Below are positions 1-10,500 of a stretch of DNA of 64,000 nt, piece by piece. Every line of letters begins with the position of its first letter. Within the stretch, counting starts at the first letter, position 1. Below the pieces are notes generated by a model, which worked only from the letters and a program-made list of their open reading frames with translations, did not search any database and was not told where the DNA came from. The DNA comes from Blastocystis sp. Blastoise (taxonomy: Eukaryota; Protista; Bigyra: Opalinata). Where the stretch lies: NCBI GenBank assembly GCA_039096225.1, contig JBBPEB010000011.1, forward strand, positions 961,234-1,025,233. Direction: 5' to 3'. The translations under genes were made by a program, and so were the position numbers.

Positions 1-481
1 ATTTAAAAGAATATTCTTATTTAAAGAAATGTACACATAGTTTGGACACTAATTGTAGATTGTTCTAGACACAAAATATAACTGAGAGTCAAATTATATC
101 ATTTAATTAATTTGTCTGGTGTTGCAACAAAATGCATTATGAAGTTGTTTTGATGCTAATAAATGTAAGATATTATAAAAATAAACATACATATTTGTTA
201 AAATATGCTTTTAATACTATTCTGAAATAATGATAGAACATAAATCATAATTTTCTAATAATGAAAACGATATGATATTGATAAAAACGTATATAGATTT
301 AAAAAAAAAACGTCTATGTTTAAATTAAACTATTGTAATGTTGACTGATAATTAATTACAATAGAATAATAGCTTAAAACAATGTGAGCAAGAAATATAC
401 TAACAAATTATATATAAAATATGAATAAAAAGTCATAAACAATAACAATAAAACAAATAAGCATACAAAAAGGGCAAATGT

Positions 482-1065
482 TTAATCGTTTTTCTTTTCT
501 TCAGAAGTTTTTTCTTCATGAGATTCTACAGATTCTTCAGTGTGTTTAGGAGAAATATGTTCTTTACTAGCTTCTCTATAGGCTTGATATTGACTGAGTA
601 ATGAAGGAAGGCATAATAATAAATAACTTAAAAGAACAGAAAGAACGTTTATAGCAATGTTTCTTTGATATTTAACTATTTTTCTTATTAAATGTTTATA
701 GTCTTTACTAGCATTTCTTCTATGATCAAGTTCAGTAAGATTATAAGCATGAGAAGCACTACTCATTTTATAGATGTTGTCTATTTAAATATACTTGTAA
801 ATATTGTTATCCAATTAAAAAAATTAATAAAAAAAAAGATAAAAAAAAACATACAAATGATATAACCAACACTTCCGATAAGAGTAACCCAATTGATAGG
901 TACAGCTTTATTTAAGAAAGCCATGTATTTCGAACGTAAAACAGCACCAATAGGTAAAGTGAGAATCAACACACCAATAAATTGGATGATATCGATAGCA
1001 ACAAAAGCAATATAATTGAGATTAAGAGCCTCAATGTTTGCAGTAACAATACGAGGAATACGCAT
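482..1065 (-). CDS. BAP29/BAP31 (Yet)-family ER membrane protein, ~169 aa, 2 exons (1065-855, 780-482)
   Basis: ORFs 781..1065 and 482..766 join in frame via intron 854-781 (GTATGT...AATAG, 74 nt), giving ...GSVGYII-YNIYK-MSSASH.... The product has three hydrophobic segments, 'LILTLP' at the end of TM1, 'KYQRN' before TM3 (BAP31 family has AQRN), a charged tail and C-terminal KKND, a KKxx ER-retrieval motif. Family call is from motif recognition, not a database search. Confidence 0.72.
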
Positions 1066-1863
1066 TTTATTTTATACTCAAAGATTAAATAATTATATCA
1101 ATTTTTTTTTTTCTTCTTGAGAAGATCATGGAACTTCCAGAAGAAACACAAATTCTTTTCTCTTAGAAAAACTTCTGTTTATTATATTTGATTACTCTAT
1201 CACCAAACTGTACTTTTTCAACAGGGTTTGCCATAGGCGATCCAAGTTATAATGCATTCCAAAAGTTTTTATCCTACGCCTTGAGCCACCAACAGTACCC
1301 CCTACAACTGGTTCTTTTGGGTTCTTTGTACCCCAGTAGAGTCTTCATGGCGAACCCTGAATGTAGGTTAGCGCCGAACACTAAGAAAGTTTTTCTGTAT
1401 GCCTTAAGAGTCGCAAAGTACCCATAAAAACGGTTTAAAGAACTTTTTTTCTACAAAAGAATTCTTGTGGCGGACCTTAGTTTTTCAAAAGTCAAATTTG
1501 GCCTGTATATCAACATGATTCTTTAATGAAAAAGTTGGCCTACCCTAAAAAGGCTTCTTTTCACAACATTGTTGAACTCAATAAAAACTGGCTCTCTAAA
1601 TATCTCAAGAGAGTTTTTTTGCTGATAAGAAATAATTCTTGGTAATTTGGTTAAGGTGTTGACAAAAAAATAAATTCTTGTGTTATTTGTTGTTCAAAGC
1701 TTAGCTGTGTATAACATAATAAAGTATTTATTTTTTTAAAAGTCAAGCATCATTTACGATACCTTTATATTTCAGAAAGAATAAACTTCGACAAATGAAA
1801 CAAAACAATACCACGTTTGAAACTATTGATTAAATCTTGCTGTTATATAAACAAATTGTATAT

Positions 1864-4280
1864 CTAATTATAGGATGTAATTGTAATTATATTTTTATAA
1901 ACTGAAACTTCTGAATTTATGGTTAAAGTTTTATATAGTTCAATGGCTCTGATGACATTATTTATGCTGTTATTAATATTGGTAATGACAGTGTCTTTAT
2001 CAGTACTAAGAACTTCTATACGAACAGAATATTGGAGATCATCCTCGTCATTAGATACTTTTATTGTTTCTGGAGAATGAACTTTTAATGTAAACAAAGG
2101 AACACGAATCGATCTAATTACAGCTCTTTCTAAATCTATCATAAAGAGACATGATAGACTTTTATGATTCATATATTTTACATTGTATGTATAATCAACA
2201 TATATATGGTTATTGGGAGGATTAATTGGTAGACAACCATAGATAATTTCTTGATTCCATTCACCCATAATTCCATTTTGAGAACATTCTTTTCCAATTC
2301 TACCACCAAGATTTTCATAAGGGCAACTAATGTACTTAATGTATCCAGTTTCGCTTGCAGGCCATGTTTCGTCTCCAAGACAATAAGCTCCATTATATGC
2401 AACATAGTCTTCAAGAGGGGTAAGATCTGTATAATGATGGAAAATTTTTGGTGACAAACTCTTTAATTGTCTAGCTAGATACTCAGTCTTAACAGCAGCA
2501 TTTTTGATTAAATCATCTTGAAATAGGACATTTGACCCAAGTCGTACATTCAATTCAACGTTATAAATATTATACTATATATGATCATAAAAGAGATAGT
2601 TAACAGAAAATTAAAAAAAAATAACATTAAAAAATACATCAATTGTTCTGTTTCTAAAAACCATAAATTCAATTTCATATAATATATATTGATAAGTTCG
2701 TAAATAAGCTCTCAATAAAGTATATTTTGCAGAATCGTCAATTGCTGTTACATAAATATTATGTAAAAGAACTCGTGAAAAGTATTCAGTATGTCCTGCA
2801 GCTGCTTCTTTTAACTCTATAAATAATAAAAACAATAGTTTTATTATATACAATTTTACTAGAATAAAAGATATAAAAATACGACAACCACGTGGATTTG
2901 GATCTTTGTTATTAAAATGACCTGTTCTGACTCCATCAACAACTTGTAGATCACATTGATATGACGTATAACCAAAATGTGTATCATTATCACATGGTTT
3001 TTGATATGTGGTTCCAATGAGCATTTCGGGTGGTGGTGGTCTTTTTGCTTCATAGATATTTGTACAGGTAACTATTTTCACACACTCATTATTGTATACA
3101 CGTTCATCTTCATTACATAATTGACAGTTAGTATTACCAGAGTCATCTCCAGACACAATTCCAAAACATAGTTGACAAGGAGAAGAACCAGTTTCAGAAT
3201 AGTACTGACCATAACAAGGATAACTTGTTTCAACAGGAGCTGAATCTGTACAAAAAGCAATTGATGTACTTTTCACAGGAGAATAAGGTCTATCTTCAGG
3301 ACACTTAAAACGTCTCCCACCACTACAATAATAACCTTCCTCACAATTAGCCTGATCTGAACGAATAGTCTCTTTAACTGTCAAAGGAATCGTATAACAG
3401 CCTGAAGAAACCTCAATTGGATAACCTGATTGTTTAGGACAGTAAACATCAACTGAACCACACTCTTTATCATGAATAGATGTACTACCACGAGGACAAT
3501 AATATCCTTCTGCACAGTATTCAACACAGTAAAGACTGGCAATTTCAGATGCTGCTAAACCGGGTTCACACAAAGCACATGCTTCAAGATTTCCTCCACA
3601 GCAATCATATCTCTGTCTTCCAGGAGGACAAACATGTCGAATTCCTTTCTCACAATAGCCACCTATAAATATGTACTTCTAAAGGAATAAAATATACCTC
3701 CTTCACAATACTCATAACCAATACTAACAGTAACAGTTTCATTATATACTTTTTGAGAAATTCTAGTTGCATATGGGATCTAAAAGCATTATTATTATAT
3801 AACAGAATAAATACTGGTATCTTAACAGAAGTTCCTCTTGGACAATAATAGTCAGTATCTGTACAAGGAAAATCATTTTTTGTATATTTTGATAATCCTA
3901 TTAGTATATTAATAAAGAATAAGATGATAATAGTAAATACCAGCAGGACATATAAAACCCATATCACATTCTCCACCACAGCCTTTTGTAGAAGTCCATT
4001 CAGAGATAGGTTGCTCGTACGTACCATAAGTACCTATAAGGTTATAATGAATAAATAAATTTATACCTGGTAAACATAATTCACATTCTTCTGTATATTC
4101 AGAATAAAAACATGCTAAAACTGATTAATAAGAAATAAAACATATTATTACTCATAGGACATTTCTCTAGTTCGTCCGGATTAACTAAAATATTATGAAA
4201 CAATAAAATAATTACATACTTTGACAATTGACTAAATTGAAAAATAAAGGGACTATTACATATAATACAAGGTATCTCAT
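1864..4280 (-). CDS. Secreted Cys-rich multidomain protein, ~689 aa: signal peptide, CxxGxYC (GCC2_GCC3/ephrin-receptor-like) modules, then two HormR-like + alpha/beta (possibly SEA-like) modules; 9 exons
   Basis: ATG 4280 gives MRYLVLYVIVPLFFNLVNCQ (signal-peptide-like). Exons 4280-4220, 4184-4152, 4114-4067, 4033-3941, 3897-3815, 3779-3698, 3662-2883, 2816-2638, 2574-1864 total 2070 nt and stay in frame. GT-AG introns are 35, 37, 33, 43, 35, 35, 66 and 63 nt. The model unites track ORFs 3650..4027 (part), 2611..3573 and 1864..2553. An alternative in-frame acceptor at 4121 is possible for intron 2. Confidence 0.85.
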
Positions 4281-4570
4281 GTAATGTAAATAATAAAAAT
4301 ATCCAAAATCATTCATTTCTTTTCATAAAATAATAAAGATACGTATTCATAAATATTATTGGCTGACTTTATTTCTTTTCATGTGACTTTGAGATTAGGT
4401 TTTTTCTAAATATATTCTCACGGGAATCAGCTAGAAATAGCTCAAAAAATAAAAAGTTTCTTTTCAAATACATAGAGAAAAAGTTGAAACAAGAAATTAT
4501 TATTGGAACATATTAATGTAATACAAAAATATAAAATTATATTTTTTTGCTTTAAGTTTCTTAACAAGAA
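4281..4570. promoter_or_regulatory. Putative bidirectional promoter between two divergently transcribed paralogues
   Basis: Only 290 bp separate ATG 4280 (minus) and ATG 4571 (plus). The interval is AT-rich with a few GC-containing words (TTGGCTGAC ~4359, CACGGGAATCAGC ~4419). Inferred from position only. Confidence 0.55.
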
Positions 4571-7500
4571 ATGTACGTGAAATTTTTGATTTATTTATTT
4601 TTAATCATTTCGGCTTTGGGCCAAGGTATATATATTATGTTTTTTTCCTAAAATTCTTTAGAATGCTTGTATTATCCTGAAGGAGAAGGGTCAGGAGAGG
4701 TATATATTTATTAAAAAACTATTATATATATCAATAGCTTCCACCAGAGGGATATTATGCAGATCCTGTAGAGGAAGATTATTTCCCTGATTTCTATGAT
4801 ATTTGTCCGATAGGTATGACTTCTTTGTTGTATATATTAACTAATTATTATAGGTTACTATTGTACAAATGGATGTAAATACCCTTGTCCACCAACTAAT
4901 TACGGAAGTGAAGAAGGCTTGACAACATCAGAATGTAGTGGAAAGTGCAAAGAGGGTGATTATTATTTAATTTATTAATTAATAGTATATAGGTTATATT
5001 GGTAGCGACGGTCTATATATATTTAAAACAGAAAGTTGTCTAGGAAAATGCAAACAAGGCTATGCTTGCCCATACAAAGGTATATAATAAATTATTTATG
5101 ACATCAAATTTCGTTTGTTTAGGAATGACTGATAAAACAATGATACCGTGTAGCACATATGGAGAAAATTATTATTGCCCATCTGGAACAGTAAACCCTT
5201 TGAAAGTAAAAAATATATTTATATGTATATAATTCAATAAATAGGTAAGTCTGGGATATTATATAATTAAAGATACAAATAGCAATGGTATAAGCCAAAG
5301 AAAATGCGAAAAAGGTAATTATTGTATAGAAGGTATTAAATATTCTTGTCCATCTGGTTCTTATGGTAATGAAACTGGTCTTTATAATAATAATTGTAGT
5401 GGTAAATGTTTAGAAGGTTATTATTGTTTAGAAGGATCTATATCATCAATTGAAAATGAATGTGGTAATGCAAATGTATATTGTCCTTTAGGTTCTTCTT
5501 CTCCTATTAATGTTCCTTTAGGTTCTTATTCTATTCCTCTTGATGTTAATTCTACAATTCGTTCTAATTTTGTTATTTGTGAAGAAGGTAATTATTGTAT
5601 AGAAGGTATTAAATATTCTTGTCCATCTGGTTCTTATGGTAATGAAACTGGTCTTTATAATAATAATTGTAGTGGTAAATGTTTAGAAGGTTATTATTGT
5701 TTAGAAGGATCTATATCATCAATTGAAAAATGAATGTGGTAATGCAAATGTATATTGTCCTTTAGGTTCTTCTTCTCCTATTAATGTTCCTTTAGGTTCT
5801 TATTCTATTCCTCTTGATGTTAATTCTACAATTCGTTCTAATTTTGTTATTTGTGAAGAAGGTAATTATTGTATAGAAGGTATTAAATATTCTTGTCCAT
5901 CTGGTTCTTATGGTAATGAAACTGGTCTTTATAATAATAATTGTAGTGGTAAATGTTTAGAAGGTTATTATTGTTTAGAAGGATCTATATCATCAATTGA
6001 AAATGAATGTGGTAATGCAAATGTATATTGTCCTTTAGGTTCTTCTTCTCCTATTAATGTTCCTTTAGGTTCTTATTCTATTCCTCTTGATGTTAATTCT
6101 ACAATTCGTTCTAATTTTGTTATTTGTGAAGAAGGTAATTATTGTATAGAAGGTATTAAATATTCTTGTCCATCTGGTTCTTATGGTAATGAAACTGGTC
6201 TTTATAATAATAATTGTAGTGGTAAATGTTTAGAAGGTTATTATTGTTTAGAAGGATCTATATCATCAATTGAAAATGAATGTGGTAATGCAAATGTATA
6301 TTGTCCTTTAGGTTCTTCTTCTCCTATTAATGTTCCTTTAGGTTCTTATTCTATTCCTCTTGATGTTAATTCTACAATTCGTTCTAATTTTGTTATTTGT
6401 GAAGAAGGTAATTATTGTATAGAAGGTATTAAATATTCTTGTCCATCTGGTTCTTATGGTAATGAAACTGGTCTTTATAATAATAATTGTAGTGGTAAAT
6501 GTTTAGAAGGTTATTATTGTTTAGAAGGATCTATATCATCAATTGAAAATGAATGTGGTAATGCAAATGTATATTGTCCTTTAGGTTCTTCTTCTCCTAT
6601 TAATGTTCCTTTAGGTTCTTATTCTATTCCTCTTGATGTTAATTCTACAATTCGTTCTAATTTTGTTATTTGTGAAGAAGGTAATTATTGTATAGAAGGT
6701 ATTAAATATTCTTGTCCATCTGGTTCTTATGGTAATGAAACTGGTCTTTATAATAATAATTGTAGTGGTAAATGTTTAGAAGGTTATTATTGTTTAGAAG
6801 GATCTATATCATCAATTGAAAATGAATGTGGTAATGCAAATGTATATTGTCCTTTAGGTTCTTCTTCTCCTATTAATGTTCCTTTAGGTTCTTATTCTAT
6901 TCCTCTTGATGTTAATTCTACAATTCGTTCTAATTTTGTTATTTGTGAAGAAGGTAATTATTGTATAGAAGGTATTAAATATTCTTGTCCATCTGGTTCT
7001 TATGGTAATGAAACTGGTCTTTATAATAATAATTGTAGTGGTAAATGTTTAGAAGGTTATTATTGTTTAGAAGGATCTATATCATCAATTGAAAATGAAT
7101 GTGGTAATGCAAATGTATATTGTCCTTTAGGTTCTTCTTCTCCTATTAATGTTCCTTTAGGTTCTTATTCTATTCCTCTTGATGTTAATTCTACAATTCG
7201 TTCTAATTTTGTTATTTGTGAAGAAGGTAATTATTGTATAGAAGGTATTAAATATTCTTGTCCATCTGGTTCTTATGGTAATGAAACTGGTCTTTATAAT
7301 AATAATTGTAGTGGTAAATGTTTAGAAGGTTATTATTGTTTAGAAGGATCTATATCATCAATTGAAAATGAATGTGGTAATGCAAATGTATATTGTCCTT
7401 TAGGTTCTTCTTCTCCTATTAATGTTCCTTTAGGTTCTTATTCTATTCCTCTTGATGTTAATTCTACAATTCGTTCTAATTTTGTTATTTGTGAAGAAGG

Positions 7501-10500
7501 TAATTATTGTATAGAAGGTATTAAATATTCTTGTCCATCTGGTTCTTATGGTAATGAAACTGGTCTTTATAATAATAATTGTAGTGGTAAATGTTTAGAA
7601 GGTTATTATTGTTTAGAAGGATCTATATCATCAATTGAAAATGAATGTGGTAATGCAAATGTATATTGTCCTTTAGGTTCTTCTTCTCCTATTAATGTTC
7701 CTTTAGGTTCTTATTCTATTCCTCTTGATGTTAATTCTACAATTCGTTCTAATTTTGTTATTTGTGAAGAAGGTAATTATTGTATAGAAGGTATTAAATA
7801 TTCTTGTCCATCTGGTTCTTATGGTAATGAAACTGGTCTTTATAATAATAATTGTAGTGGTAAATGTTTAGAAGGTTATTATTGTTTAGAAGGATCTATA
7901 TCATCAATTGAAAATGAATGTGGTAATGCAAATGTATATTGTCCTTTAGGTTCTTCTTCTCCTATTAATGTTCCTTTAGGTTCTTATTCTATTCCTCTTG
8001 ATGTTAATTCTACAATTCGTTCTAATTTTGTTATTTGTGAAGAAGGTAATTATTGTATAGAAGGTATTAAATATTCTTGTCCATCTGGTTCTTATGGTAA
8101 TGAAACTGGTCTTTATAATAATAATTGTAGTGGTAAATGTTTAGAAGGTTATTATTGTTTAGAAGGATCTATATCATCAATTGAAAATGAATGTGGTAAT
8201 GCAAATGTATATTGTCCTTTAGGTTCTTCTTCTCCTATTAATGTTCCTTTAGGTTCTTATTCTATTCCTCTTGATGTTAATTCTACAATTCGTTCTAATT
8301 TTGTTATTTGTGAAGAAGGTAATTATTGTATAGAAGGTATTAAATATTCTTGTCCATCTGGTTCTTATGGTAATGAAACTGGTCTTTATAATAATAATTG
8401 TAGTGGTAAATGTTTAGAAGGTTATTATTGTTTAGAAGGATCTATATCATCAATTGAAAATGAATGTGGTAATGCAAATGTATATTGTCCTTTAGGTTCT
8501 TCTTCTCCTATTAATGTTCCTTTAGGTTCTTATTCTATTCCTCTTGATGTTAATTCTACAATTCGTTCTAATTTTGTTATTTGTGAAGAAGGTAATTATT
8601 GTATAGAAGGTATTAAATATTCTTGTCCATCTGGTTCTTATGGTAATGAAACTGGTCTTTATAATAATAATTGTAGTGGTAAATGTTTAGAAGGTTATTA
8701 TTGTTTAGAAGGATCTATATCATCAATTGAAAATGAATGTGGTAATGCAAATGTATATTGTCCTTTAGGTTCTTCTTCTCCTATTAATGTTCCTTTAGGT
8801 TCTTATTCTATTCCTCTTGATGTTAATTCTACAATTCGTTCTAATTTTGTTATTTGTGAAGAAGGTAATTATTGTATAGAAGGTATTAAATATTCTTGTC
8901 CATCTGGTTCTTATGGTAATGAAACTGGTCTTTATAATAATAATTGTAGTGGTAAATGTTTAGAAGGTTATTATTGTTTAGAAGGATCTATATCATCAAT
9001 TGAAAATGAATGTGGTAATGCAAATGTATATTGTCCTTTAGGTTCTTCTTCTCCTATTAATGTTCCTTTAGGTTCTTATTCTATTCCTCTTGATGTTAAT
9101 TCTACAATTCGTTCTAATTTTGTTATTTGTGAAGAAGGTAATTATTGTATAGAAGGTATTAAATATTCTTGTCCATCTGGTTCTTATGGTAATGAAACTG
9201 GTCTTTATAATAATAATTGTAGTGGTAAATGTTTAGAAGGTTATTATTGTTTAGAAGGATCTATATCATCAATTGAAAATGAATGTGGTAATGCAAATGT
9301 ATATTGTCCTTTAGGTTCTTCTTCTCCTATTAATGTTCCTTTAGGTTCTTATTCTATTCCTCTTGATGTTAATTCTACAATTCGTTCTAATTTTGTTATT
9401 TGTGAAGAAGGTAATTATTGTATAGAAGGTATTAAATATTCTTGTCCATCTGGTTCTTATGGTAATGAAACTGGTCTTTATAATAATAATTGTAGTGGTA
9501 AATGTTTAGAAGGTTATTATTGTTTAGAAGGATCTATATCATCAATTGAAAATGAATGTGGTAATGCAAATGTATATTGTCCTTTAGGTTCTTCTTCTCC
9601 TATTAATGTTCCTTTAGGTTCTTATTCTATTCCTCTTGATGTTAATTCTACAATTCGTTCTAATTTTGTTATTTGTGAAGAAGGTAATTATTGTATAGAA
9701 GGTATTAAATATTCTTGTCCATCTGGTTCTTATGGTAATGAAACTGGTCTTTATAATAATAATTGTAGTGGTAAATGTTTAGAAGGTTATTATTGTTTAG
9801 AAGGATCTATATCATCAATTGAAAATGAATGTGGTAATGCAAATGTATATTGTCCTTTAGGTTCTTCTTCTCCTATTAATGTTCCTTTAGGTTCTTATTC
9901 TATTCCTCTTGATGTTAATTCTACAATTCGTTCTAATTTTGTTATTTGTGAAGAAGGTAATTATTGTATAGAAGGTATTAAATATTCTTGTCCATCTGGT
10001 TCTTATGGTAATGAAACTGGTCTTTATAATAATAATTGTAGTGGTAAATGTTTAGAAGGTTATTATTGTTTAGAAGGATCTATATCATCAATTGAAAATG
10101 AATGTGGTAATGCAAATGTATATTGTCCTTTAGGTTCTTCTTCTCCTATTAATGTTCCTTTAGGTTCTTATTCTATTCCTCTTGATGTTAATTCTACAAT
10201 TCGTTCTAATTTTGTTATTTGTGAAGAAGGTAATTATTGTATAGAAGGTATTAAATATTCTTGTCCATCTGGTTCTTATGGTAATGAAACTGGTCTTTAT
10301 AATAATAATTGTAGTGGTAAATGTTTAGAAGGTTATTATTGTTTAGAAGGATCTATATCATCAATTGAAAATGAATGTGGTAATGCAAATGTATATTGTC
10401 CTTTAGGTTCTTCTTCTCCTATTAATGTTCCTTTAGGTTCTTATTCTATTCCTCTTGATGTTAATTCTACAATTCGTTCTAATTTTGTTATTTGTGAAGA

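Noticed and set aside
1-68. Possible 3' end of an upstream plus-strand gene (LKEYSYLKKCTHSLDTNCRLF*)
   Set aside because: Too short to support without upstream sequence.
1188-1427. 79-aa plus-strand ORF
   Set aside because: TTG start and no recognisable motif; likely a by-product of the local GC enrichment.
1537-1554. CTACCCTAAAA as a telomerase RNA template or telomeric seed
   Set aside because: A single imperfect word with no tandem copies or other support.
1835-1866. Blastocystis-type polyadenylation-created stop codons (TGTTTGTT motif) or a ciliate genetic code
   Set aside because: Both complete genes have genomic TAA/TAG stops and only loosely GT-rich downstream sequence without the exact motif, and Gln is encoded by CAA/CAG. 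Taxon assignment is not supportable from this window.
2178-3668. Short ORFs 2178..2414, 2251..2454, 2859..3053, 3078..3260 and 3480..3668
   Set aside because: Alternative-frame or antisense shadows of the 4280-1864 gene.
3650-4027. 125-aa ORF with apparent transmembrane segments
   Set aside because: The hydrophobic stretches are translated introns (3940-3898, 3814-3780). Only the GLSKY...KIP part is true exon frame.
5723-5725. Start of the 14,125-aa ORF (MKNEC...)
   Set aside because: It is a TTG placed in frame only by the +1 A insertion. The real start is the spliced ATG at 4571.
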